Of a stretch of DNA of 64,000 nucleotides, positions 20,301 through 28,557 are shown piece by piece; the stretch's first letter is position 1; every line of letters begins with the position of its first letter. Made by a program: the position numbers and the translations under genes. Source of the DNA: a bacterium (GTDB lineage Bacteria; Electryoneota; Electryoneia; Electryoneales; Electryoneaceae). Under the pieces are notes generated by a model. It was given only the letters and a program-made list of their open reading frames with translations, was not told where the DNA came from and ran no database searches. The stretch spans positions 128,001 to 192,000 of the forward strand of contig CAXXKJ010000001.1 of NCBI GenBank assembly GCA_963675295.2, in the 5' to 3' direction.

Positions 20301-20508
20301 GGATGTAGTCCCAGTTCATCCCGTTGATGATGAAGTCCTCACCGTTCACCTGCAGCCGTGACCCGCTGGCGTCATTCACCACCTGCACCCGGTCAACACC
20401 GGCCAGCGCCGGGAGGGCAACACCGAGGATCAGCAGTGCCAGCAACAGCAACAGGCTACGTCCACGCAATCCCGCTGCACGGTTCCGGTTCGCCGTAAGG
20501 ATTCCCAT
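17326..20508 (-). CDS. Clan GH-A (GH2-like TIM barrel) glycoside hydrolase fused to a C-terminal beta-strand-rich domain
   Basis: Signal peptide from ATG 20508 (GGAG RBS); MGVNVIRQY, LLGNENNYG acid/base, FTEFGSD nucleophile; ~600-aa C-terminal region with amphipathic strands ending WEIRTYLSLTIGN. Confidence 0.75.
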   Translation of the reverse strand: MGILTANRNRAAGLRGRSLLLLLALLILGVALPALAGVDRVQVVNDASGSRLQVNGEDFIINGMNWDYIPIGDNYNYALWNQPEEVIREALHGEMLLLKNMGVNVIRQYVGVPPEWVQYIYETYGIYTVLNHPMGRYGVTIDGLYIPSTDYSDELTRASLKDEITGLVEQYRDTPGILMWLLGNENNYGLTWSSAETEALPEGERDTARARYLYSLYGEIIDAIHGIDDMRPVAIANGDVQYIDLIASEAGNLDIFGTNMYRGYSFRDAFEVVKEKLGVPIVFTEFGSDAFNAKTLSEDQQMQARYLISQWREIYANAAGHGLADNSIGGMTFQFSDGWWKFEQTSNLEVHDINASWPNDGYPDDFIPGENNMNEEWWGICAKGMPNSAGIYQLYPRAAYYALKQAHELNPYAPEVGLAEINAHFANINPLGATLEARSDKAALQTETLRRVRLSGLRVDMETYSTGGTNISTPDQPSSTSDTYPAFLGFDHMQSVYTTFEATPADNVTGYATLNILGNVPTNPIDEIFYENRGRPVTVQTTSGTKELTDVERVKLYQASIHWEDHWFNLDGFYRTGHYHWGYEGDFFGLYREANYGENIDIYNGEAPVGFEVAGKRALNNLVLAFGPQLWWGANPAVLAKYQYDIGPVLASAVYQRDLEQRDAAVSSIAIPSPSTEKVTLALETEKGPFGIQIGGIVGGRERIGDSFQFVEGSSGNYTVLQDEIKDTDTFGGKVKFTFSYGRWNWYLQAASMGLVADGGPTAVQTFTGWRLADSGSGNQNNVITGFTYMIGNWTIAPNFLWQKPIVGPIPGDVPTPGRPRNILDDAFAVRANRETTAGEILLTYDPTPATWMYDWDNDLREDAAFAGNLGFVFKHHPTTQDAAIGILEDGVTSFAFPGATPARDLWEVYSRMVSKAWPGFGLVTNVFVGTGEPNGNDPRLVERYGGDVRLILDSFKFIASAKVNDWGPYDYHKDFNLTYPLQLVGDVSTFVGMPEWFDEPQTRFGVRVTWRSLDQYSPRYCPATIVDASGNVTCDTETPGLSQGSEWEIRTYLSLTIGN

Positions 20509-20607
20509 CGCATACTCCCAGCAAAATCGCCCACGAATCCCCGGCGCTGTTGACGCTTTCAACGTCACCTACCGCCCGGACTCGAGGCCGGCCACGTCCC
20601 CAACGGG

Positions 20608-20656
20608 ACTTTGTTTTCTTGCCGAACAAAGTAAGCCCGTGAGCCCCGGGAGTCAA
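20608..20656 (-). promoter_or_regulatory. sigma70 promoter overlapped by ROK-type operator 4
   Basis: Minus strand TTGACT(20656-20651)-N17-TACTTT(20633-20628); dyad ACTTTGTTCG-GCAAG-AAAACAAAGT at 20632-20608. Confidence 0.85.
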
Positions 20657-20727
20657 GAGCGGGACGGAACATTGAGACAAAACCTGACGGTTGCGGGCTC
20701 TGATTCTGTGGCTGTGAGGTCCAGAAG

Positions 20728-20755
20728 AAAACCCGGCATCGTGCGACACCGGGTT
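20728..20755 (-). terminator. Putative intrinsic terminator
   Basis: AACCCGG...CCGGGTT hairpin with short T run on the minus strand, after stop 20791. Confidence 0.5.
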
Positions 20756-20790
20756 GTGTTTCACTGACAACTGAGTACTGACCACTGTCC

Positions 20791-23700
20791 TTACCGGACC
20801 AACATCACCTTCTGAGTCTGGTTGAGCTGACCGGGGACAGACGCGTGGATGAAGTACGCGCCACTGGCGAAATTCGTCGCGTCGAACGCCAGCTCGTGCG
20901 TCCCCGCCTGCGTATACCCATCCACCAGCCGCGCGACAGTCTGGCCGAGGGTGTTGACCACGGTGACCGTCAGGTCGGACGCTTCCGGCAGCGAGACACG
21001 CACCGTCGTCATCGCGTTGAACGGGTTCGGGTACGCTTCGTGCATCACAAAACCGGTCGGTACCGCGGCATCCGTCTGCTCATCCGCGATCCAGCTGCCG
21101 CCACCTGCCGGCCAGTCAGCGTAGACCATGCCCGCGGCATCGGTCCCGTTGCTCAGCTTGGTGAAGCTGAAGGACTCGGTAAACAGCGGGTTGTTGACGT
21201 TCAGGCCGAGGTGGGCACGGAACTCGTGCGTTCCGGCGGGCGCGTTGCTGGGAATTTCCTGCGTCAGGCCGGTGACGGTCGCGTTGAAGAACGGTGTCAT
21301 CGTGAACGTCTGGTGGAACAATGGACCGAACACATTACCGTTTTGCAGCTCGACACTGGTCCAGAAGTCGACGCCCGGATAGCTCTGCGCGAGCGAACTC
21401 TGCAACGAGACCGTGTACACCAGCGTTCCGCCCGAGGCCGGGATCGTGGTCGAGGAGGTCGGGGTGACGTTAAACGTGACCGGCGAGGGATTTCCGAGCG
21501 CGATGCTGTACATCGAGCGGCCGTGCGTGCCGGCAACCAGACGGCGCTCGCTGGCGATGAACTCGATGTCGAACACGGCGGACATTGGCAGGCCCTGGCC
21601 GAGCGCGGCCCAGGTGTCGCCTTCATTGGTGGTGAAGAAAACGCCGAAGTCGGTCCCGACGTAATACCGGCTCGGATCGTCCGGATCGATGATGATATCG
21701 TTGACCGGACCTTCAGGAAGTTCACCGGCGCCGGTGCCGGAGACGGAGTACCAGGTCGCGCCGAGGTTGTCGCTGCGATAAACATGCGGCGTCGGGTCAC
21801 TGACACGGTGTCCGGAGAAGGTGCAGAAAATCGTGTTCGGCTCGGTGGGGTGGAACGCCACGCGGCTGACCCACATCTCCGGCAGGGCGCTGTCGATCCG
21901 GGTCCAGTTGGAACCACCGTTCTGCGTGACCCAGACATTCGCGTCGTCCGTGCCGACCACGATGTAGTTTGGTTGTACCGCGCTGGCGGCAATGGTGGTG
22001 ATGGTGCCGAAGGTCAGCGAGCCGGGATCATCGCCGTCGGTGAGATCGCCCGAGATCGTGTTCCAGTCGCTCCCCCGGTTGTTCGTGCGATAAACGCGGT
22101 ACGATCCGAAATACAGCCGGTCGTAATTGAACGGGTCGAAACAGAAAGGCGACATCCAGTTGCAGCGGTCGCTCCACCATTCGGAAATGCCGTAGAACGA
22201 TGCGCCGCCGTTGGTGGACCGGGCCATGTTGCCGTTCTGCGATTCCGCGTAGGCATACCCGTTGTCACGTGGGTCGACAAGGCAGTAGAACCCGTCCCCG
22301 CCGTAGATACGGTCCCAGTCACCTGTACCGCCGTTGACCGTCCGCATCGTGCCGTTGTCCTGCGTGCCGCCGAACAACCGTTCCGGGTGCGACGGGTCGT
22401 GGCAGATGGCGTAAAACTGTGTCGCGCCGAGGGAATTGAACTCGGTGGAGGTGCTCCCGCGATTCGTGGAACGGTCCAGACCGCCGTCGTGACCGGAGGT
22501 CACATGCGACGGGTTGTTCGGATCGATCCAGAAGGCGTGATGGTCGGCGTGGGCATTGTCAAACTCCGTCGACCAGGACGCGCCGCCGTCAAGGCTGCGA
22601 ATGACGTCAACACCAGCGACGTAGATCACGTTCGGATTGCCCGGCTCGACAATGCTTTCGCCGAAGTACCAGCCGAAGGTCGAGTACAGGTTGTCGTCAT
22701 AGCCGCCAATGTCGATGCTGGTCCACGTGTCGCCGCCGTTGTCGCTGCGCCAGCTGCCGTAGTACGGTGTGCTGCTGGAGCCGGGGTACGGTGTCCCCGA
22801 ATGGAAGAGGTAGAGACGGTCCGGATTGTCCGGCGAGATGGCGAGCGCGCCACGACCGAGATTTGGATCGTTGCTCGGGATGCCGTTGGTCAGCTGCTGC
22901 CATGTGTCGCCGCCGTCCGTGCTGCGCCACACACCGCTGTCATCGCCGGCGACCTCGCGGGTCGAAGGCGTGCGGTAGCGTTCCCACATCACCGCGTAGA
23001 CGATATCCGGGTTCAGCTCGTTAATCTCGATGTCGATGCAGCCGGTGGTCTCGTTGATGTAATGAACCAGCTCCCACGTGTCGCCGCCATCTTCCGTGCG
23101 GTACACGCCGCGCTCCGTGTTTGTCCCGAACAACTTTCCCGCGACCGCGACGAAGATCCGGTCGCTGTCAGTCGGGTCGACGACAATTCGCCCGATGTGA
23201 TACGATTCCGGCAGACCCTTGTATGTCCAGGTGGCACCCGCATCTTCGGTCAGGTAAATGCCGACTCCCGGGTAGCTGTCGCCGGAAGCATTCGCTTCGC
23301 CGGTCCCGAACCAGATCCGGTTGGGATCGTTGGGATCCATCGCCAACGCGCCCGCCGACTGAGCATAATCTTCGTCAAAGATTGGCGTGAAGTTCATCCC
23401 GTAGTCGTAGGACTTGAACACACCGCCGACCGCGCCGCCGGCGTACACGACGCCCGGGTTCGAGGGGTGCACCGCCAGAGCCGTGATGCGTCCGCCGATG
23501 TTCGTCGGACCTTCAAACAGCCAGGTTTCCTCCAACGGTGAGACCTGCTGCCGCATCACGTTGGCGCGCTCACGCCCCGCGCGCACGGCGTCCATGTTCA
23601 ACGTGCCGTCCGGCCCGACACGCTGCGCCATGAACCAGTCGTTCGGTTCTTTCACCGGGCCGCGCAGCTCGGCTTTCATATCCTGCATCAGCGCCGGAGT

Positions 23701-23805
23701 CATCAGGTAGGGGGCTCGTTCTGTGGGCTGCGGCACAAACCAGATCAACAGCAGCAGTACCGAGGCCAGGAAAAATGCGGTGACGGGGTGGGTGAACGAG
23801 CGCAT
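20791..23805 (-). CDS. T9SS-secreted BNR/VPS10-like beta-propeller protein
   Basis: GPTNIGGRI, many Asp-box (S/T)xDGGxTW repeats, HADHH, GGTQDNG, GGDGF; Ig-like module; CTD ending QKVMLVR. Confidence 0.88.
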   Translation of the reverse strand: MRSFTHPVTAFFLASVLLLLIWFVPQPTERAPYLMTPALMQDMKAELRGPVKEPNDWFMAQRVGPDGTLNMDAVRAGRERANVMRQQVSPLEETWLFEGPTNIGGRITALAVHPSNPGVVYAGGAVGGVFKSYDYGMNFTPIFDEDYAQSAGALAMDPNDPNRIWFGTGEANASGDSYPGVGIYLTEDAGATWTYKGLPESYHIGRIVVDPTDSDRIFVAVAGKLFGTNTERGVYRTEDGGDTWELVHYINETTGCIDIEINELNPDIVYAVMWERYRTPSTREVAGDDSGVWRSTDGGDTWQQLTNGIPSNDPNLGRGALAISPDNPDRLYLFHSGTPYPGSSSTPYYGSWRSDNGGDTWTSIDIGGYDDNLYSTFGWYFGESIVEPGNPNVIYVAGVDVIRSLDGGASWSTEFDNAHADHHAFWIDPNNPSHVTSGHDGGLDRSTNRGSTSTEFNSLGATQFYAICHDPSHPERLFGGTQDNGTMRTVNGGTGDWDRIYGGDGFYCLVDPRDNGYAYAESQNGNMARSTNGGASFYGISEWWSDRCNWMSPFCFDPFNYDRLYFGSYRVYRTNNRGSDWNTISGDLTDGDDPGSLTFGTITTIAASAVQPNYIVVGTDDANVWVTQNGGSNWTRIDSALPEMWVSRVAFHPTEPNTIFCTFSGHRVSDPTPHVYRSDNLGATWYSVSGTGAGELPEGPVNDIIIDPDDPSRYYVGTDFGVFFTTNEGDTWAALGQGLPMSAVFDIEFIASERRLVAGTHGRSMYSIALGNPSPVTFNVTPTSSTTIPASGGTLVYTVSLQSSLAQSYPGVDFWTSVELQNGNVFGPLFHQTFTMTPFFNATVTGLTQEIPSNAPAGTHEFRAHLGLNVNNPLFTESFSFTKLSNGTDAAGMVYADWPAGGGSWIADEQTDAAVPTGFVMHEAYPNPFNAMTTVRVSLPEASDLTVTVVNTLGQTVARLVDGYTQAGTHELAFDATNFASGAYFIHASVPGQLNQTQKVMLVR

Positions 23806-24005
23806 GTGTCAGCTCCAACAGTTTGAGTTTCAGATCCAGGTGGCAGACGCACTCATGCCAATGTTTCAAGGTCATCTGGAATATAGGCGGCAGCATTCAG
23901 GGATTGTGCAGAATGGCTCAAGAAGTCGAAAAATCATCAAGGTGCGTGCCTCCACCTCTTCGCCCGTCATAGACTGACTGATTCCTGCCTCACTGTCCCA
24001 AGTCT

Positions 24006-25787
24006 TCATCTCACCAGCATCACTTTCTGCGTCTGGTCGAGCTGGCCGGGAACGCTTGCGTGAATGAAATACAGGCCGCTTGTCAAGGACGATCCATCAA
24101 ACACCATTGTGTGCCTGCCAGACTGGTGTAGACCGGACGAAAGCGCCGCAACCCGTTGGCCGGCAATGTTATACACTGTCACAGTCAGCTCGGCGGCTTC
24201 CGGCAACATGACGGTTAGCGTCGTCGTCGGATTGAACGGATTCGGCGAGGCGGGGCAGAAAGCGTAGTCCTGGACCTGATCCGCTGACTCGCCGGATTCC
24301 TGCTGCCCCGCAAGATCGTCACCAATCGCCCGGATGATGTTCTGTCCATCCGGGGAAACATGATTTCTCAGACGGAAGGTCGCGGATTCGATCGCATGAA
24401 TCGGGTAGGTGCCAGCCTGAACCGTGACATAGTACACCCCCGCCGGAGCGTCATCGGGAATCGTCCATGTGTCCGACACACTCGCCACGTGTTCGCCGGG
24501 AATCAGCTCCACTGAACGCAGGTTCACTGTGTCGATCTGAACCAGTCCCGGATAGCGGATCACGGTCCACAGATCAACGATGGTGTTGAAGTTCATTCGG
24601 TTGGATATGCTGGTGCGGTACTGGATGGTGCGCTCGAGATTGCCGGAAAAATAGGCTTCCTGTTGAACCCCCATCTCGATGGGATCTCCCTCGACCCATT
24701 CCCAGAAGACACACTCGCCCTCGGTGTTCCCGGCGACAAGGACATCCCAGTCGCCATCGCCGTCCATGTCCGTGGCGTCAACGTGCATCGGTCCCGGATA
24801 CGCGCGGGCGATGTAGCGCTTGGTCCAGTTATTGTTGCCCAGATTCTCATACCAGCAGACGTAATCCTGCTGGAAGGAGTTGGCGACAATGTCCATGTCG
24901 CCATCGAAATCCATATCCACCGCATCCAGGCTGCGTGGATAGATGATGTCACCATCGATCAGGTGCGGGTTCCAGCCGTTGCCCTGGCCGTCGTTTTCCC
25001 ACCAGATAATCATGTCGGCGTAGCGCCCGGCGCTTACAATGTCGCAGTCGCCATCGTTGTCGATGTCGACACCGATTGCCGCACGCGACCCCTCCCAGTT
25101 TTCCGCGACGAGGTGTTCGACCCAGCCGTCCGCCGTCTGTTCGAACCAGCCGACCCTGTCAATCGAGCCGGATGAACCGATGAAATCAAGGTCGCCGTCG
25201 AGGTCGATGTCGGCGGGGTACACCCAACGCGCGCCGTTGATGGTGGCGACAATCTGGTTGTCGAAGTGTCCCGCGCCGTCGTTGATCGAAAGCGTGAACG
25301 CCTCGAGGCCGGCCGAGGCGCCAAGGACGTCGTTGTCGCCGTCTGCGTCGATGTCAACCGCATAAACACCCTTGGCGAGGGGCATGTCCATCAGCAGGTG
25401 ACGCGACCAGGGGTCGGTGCCACGATTTTCCCACCAGGCGAGTTGATTTGCGACAATCGCCGTCGCGAGGATGTCGCCGTCGCCGTCACCGTCAATATCG
25501 GCGGCATGAATCTGCCAGCCACCGGTAAAGCTGCTGTCGATAACGTGCATGGCGAAGGACGTTCCCAAGTTCTCGAACCAGGCCACCCTTCCGTCCAAAC
25601 GGCTGACACACATCGCATCCATGTCGCCGTCAACGTCCAGGTCCATGGAATACACGCCGCGTACGCTATCGAATCCTTCGCCCAGCCGGTGAAAAATCCA
25701 GGCGGCATCAGCTGTCAACGTGGAGAGCACCAGGACAACGAGGAGAACAGCGATACGTAGCCCATCTGATTTCGATTCGTACTGCAT
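24006..25787 (-). CDS. T9SS-secreted FG-GAP/VCBS repeat protein
   Basis: Seven DxDxDGDxD...WxEN-type repeats; CTD SPNPFNP...QKVMLVR. Confidence 0.88.
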   Translation of the reverse strand: MQYESKSDGLRIAVLLVVLVLSTLTADAAWIFHRLGEGFDSVRGVYSMDLDVDGDMDAMCVSRLDGRVAWFENLGTSFAMHVIDSSFTGGWQIHAADIDGDGDGDILATAIVANQLAWWENRGTDPWSRHLLMDMPLAKGVYAVDIDADGDNDVLGASAGLEAFTLSINDGAGHFDNQIVATINGARWVYPADIDLDGDLDFIGSSGSIDRVGWFEQTADGWVEHLVAENWEGSRAAIGVDIDNDGDCDIVSAGRYADMIIWWENDGQGNGWNPHLIDGDIIYPRSLDAVDMDFDGDMDIVANSFQQDYVCWYENLGNNNWTKRYIARAYPGPMHVDATDMDGDGDWDVLVAGNTEGECVFWEWVEGDPIEMGVQQEAYFSGNLERTIQYRTSISNRMNFNTIVDLWTVIRYPGLVQIDTVNLRSVELIPGEHVASVSDTWTIPDDAPAGVYYVTVQAGTYPIHAIESATFRLRNHVSPDGQNIIRAIGDDLAGQQESGESADQVQDYAFCPASPNPFNPTTTLTVMLPEAAELTVTVYNIAGQRVAALSSGLHQSGRHTMVFDGSSLTSGLYFIHASVPGQLDQTQKVMLVR

Positions 25788-26163
25788 ACCAACCTCATTT
25801 CAAACGTGATACCATTCGATGCTTCAGACAAGCGTTCCGCAGCCGCATATGCCAGACCAGCAACCGCCGGAACCAGGCATCTGTAATCGTACTTGCCGTG
25901 ATTGGGGGAACGGCAACAATACGTTGCAATATCGGTTGATGTCATATGGAAAACGAGGACTGCCGGCGATTTTGTAAAATTTCTCAGAGCCCAACCGTCT
26001 CCACTATACTGCAAAAGGCGACGCCAAGACCGAAGTAATTTCTTTTCAAACATTTAGAATGTGTTTTGCCTCCGATCCATTGCATCGAAACAGTTATGCT
26101 GACAGGATTCAGCGTGTTGGTTGACTCACATCCTCTTCACACAAATGCCCCATTCACACAGAA

Positions 26164-26246
26164 AACGGGAGCCAGCGTTTCGCTGACTCCCGTCTATTTC
26201 CGTACCCCCGACAGGACTTGAACCTGTTGCCTTCGGATCAGAAATC
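26164..26246 (-). repeat. Duplicated 3-prime half of tRNA-Arg plus terminator (attR-like)
   Basis: 26164-26232 matches 30891-30959 over 69 bp with 2 mismatches; degenerate similarity continues to the anticodon arm; the 5-prime tRNA half is absent. Confidence 0.9.
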
Positions 26247-26385
26247 CTGAACAGCACAAAACACACAACAAGCAACAAGCGGTAACAGCAGGGATAATCG
26301 TTAGATAGCCGTTTTTCTCCAGCTCTGAGTTGTTGTGACTTGCAGGCCATTCTTGAGGACACTGCACCACGAGTGCCCCACAGGA

Positions 26386-28530
26386 TCACCTCACCAGCAT
26401 CACCTTCTGCACCTGGTCCAGATGACCGGGGACAGTGGCGCGGATGAAGTACAAGCCGCTCGCAAGATTTGATGCTTGGAGAGTTATCCGGTGTTCCCCG
26501 GCAGAGTGCCGTCCATGTGCCAGAGTAGTCACTTCCCGCCCGAGCACGTTATAGACCGTAGCTGCGAGCTCTGCGGATTCGGGTAAGGTCACCGTAAACG
26601 AGGTGCTGGCGTTGAACGGGTTTGGGTACGCGGAGGAGACGCTGAACTCAGTGGGGAGCGGTTCCTGAGTGGCTACCTGCGCACCGGTTGTTTCCCATGC
26701 TTCGTTGCGCCAGTCTTCTACGTTCCATTCGGACTGAGGGACGGAAACTGTGTTTGTTCCCGCCAGCTTTTCAAACTCGAAGCTGTCCGTGTCAACGATC
26801 AGAGTTGGGTACGTACCGACGTGGATCTCGAAATCATAGGTTCCCGCAGGTGCAAACGCCGGCACCCAGACCGGGTACGGATCGGCGGGCGCAATTGTGC
26901 TGAATGGAGTGAGGGTGAGTTGAATTTGATCCAGGGGTCCGTAGCTGTTGCCGTTCGGCAGGATGACCTGTGTCCAGACATCACCGGTGACCGGGTAGGG
27001 TGTGGGATTGTTCAACTCGACGAAGAACCAGAAGCCGCCGCCATAGGACGGGATCACGATCGGTTCATGGTGCGGAGTCAGAGTGACCGTCGGCGTCGAT
27101 GTGATGGTAAAGGCTGAGTCGCTGACATCCTGTTCGATACCGCTGAAGGCTGTGATCCGAACACGGTAATTGTCGCCGAGCTCGAAGTCTTCCGGGATTG
27201 TGAACACAAACTCACCGTCATTTTCGGTGCCGTCCGAAATAACCGCCGCGACAAACGCCCCATCCAGCAGTTCAAGCAGCATTTCTTCGTTCGGTCCGTT
27301 CTGCCATTCGATCGTGTGCGTGGTTCCGACACGCCAGGATTCGCCACCGTTTGGAGACTGGATATGCAAGTCGAGACGGTCGTATCGCGCGACGTAGAGA
27401 TCGTCATTGTTCAAGCCAATACGGCCGGCAACGATGATGCCATTGTCATCCGTCTGGTCAATGCCATAGCCCGATCTCGCGGTTGGATCGACCAGGCTCC
27501 ACTCTTCCTCTCCCTGGTTGTCGGTTTTCACAAGCCAGATCTGGCCGTCAATGTTGCCAGTCATGATGAATCCGCCCTCACGCGCTGCCGTCATCGCGAA
27601 GAAATAGTTGTGTTCCGGGGCGGAAAATACGCGTTCCCATTCAAGCACTCCGGCGGAGTCCGTTTTAAACAGATACCCTTCCTGGCCGTACCCGATCTCT
27701 TCATGAACACCTGCCACTACAAATCCACCATCCGCAACCTGTACCAGTGATTTGGCCGAGTCGTATTCCGGTCCTCCGTACACCTCATGCCAGAGCTCAT
27801 TTCCATCGGAATCCGTTCGGAGGAGGAAGGCGTTGTAGTCGGCGTCTCCCAACGTGGTGTTCCCACAAATGGCAAATCCACCGTCCTCCGTCTGGATCAC
27901 GCAATCGCCATAGTCTCGTGTGCTCAACTCATAATTCTGCTGCCAGAGCTCCATTCCGCTTTCATCAAACTTCTTCAGCCAAAGGTGGACGGGATTTGTC
28001 CCAAACGGGAACGTTGACCCGACCACCGCATAGCCGCCGTCGTTTGTCTGGATGACCCATTCCCCGTTGTCGTAGTCAGATCCGCCCCGGTACACATTCC
28101 ATTCTTCGTTGCCGTTGGCGTCCGTTTTGATCAGCCACATGTCGGCGTTTCCGGAACCGTAGGAGTACGTCGTTCCGGTGATGATGTAGCCGCCGTCCGA
28201 GGTGAGTTCAACGTTCTCCGGCCAGTCGTGATTGGGTCCGCCGAACGTGGTCTCCCATTCTTCTTCCCCGTCCGCATCCAGCTTCAGTAACCAGATATCG
28301 CGGTCGCCCGCGCCGATAGATTCTGTTACGCCGACAACGATGTAGCCACCATCCGGCGTTTGCCGCACGCATTCTCCCTCATCGTCTTCAATGCCCCCGT
28401 ACGTTTGAGTCCAGAGCAGATCAGGGGGTTGCGCGGAGGACACCCCCGCCAGTATCAATAGCGCCAGACCAAACCCGAGATGCTGGGATATCTTCGTCAT
28501 CCGCTGGTGGCTGCGTGTATCTGTCGTCAT
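26386..28530 (-). CDS. T9SS-secreted beta-propeller protein with SPNGGE Ig domain, Ig-like module and CTD
   Basis: Repeats W..TYGG...QT.DGGY...G...D.WL.K.D..G; SPNGGESW; CTD ending QKVMLVR. Confidence 0.85.
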   Translation of the reverse strand: MTTDTRSHQRMTKISQHLGFGLALLILAGVSSAQPPDLLWTQTYGGIEDDEGECVRQTPDGGYIVVGVTESIGAGDRDIWLLKLDADGEEEWETTFGGPNHDWPENVELTSDGGYIITGTTYSYGSGNADMWLIKTDANGNEEWNVYRGGSDYDNGEWVIQTNDGGYAVVGSTFPFGTNPVHLWLKKFDESGMELWQQNYELSTRDYGDCVIQTEDGGFAICGNTTLGDADYNAFLLRTDSDGNELWHEVYGGPEYDSAKSLVQVADGGFVVAGVHEEIGYGQEGYLFKTDSAGVLEWERVFSAPEHNYFFAMTAAREGGFIMTGNIDGQIWLVKTDNQGEEEWSLVDPTARSGYGIDQTDDNGIIVAGRIGLNNDDLYVARYDRLDLHIQSPNGGESWRVGTTHTIEWQNGPNEEMLLELLDGAFVAAVISDGTENDGEFVFTIPEDFELGDNYRVRITAFSGIEQDVSDSAFTITSTPTVTLTPHHEPIVIPSYGGGFWFFVELNNPTPYPVTGDVWTQVILPNGNSYGPLDQIQLTLTPFSTIAPADPYPVWVPAFAPAGTYDFEIHVGTYPTLIVDTDSFEFEKLAGTNTVSVPQSEWNVEDWRNEAWETTGAQVATQEPLPTEFSVSSAYPNPFNASTSFTVTLPESAELAATVYNVLGREVTTLAHGRHSAGEHRITLQASNLASGLYFIRATVPGHLDQVQKVMLVR

Positions 28531-28557
28531 TTGTCCATCTCCTCGTTCTGATAGCGA

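Noticed and set aside
26164-26246. Second functional tRNA
   Set aside because: The D arm and 5-prime acceptor strand are absent.
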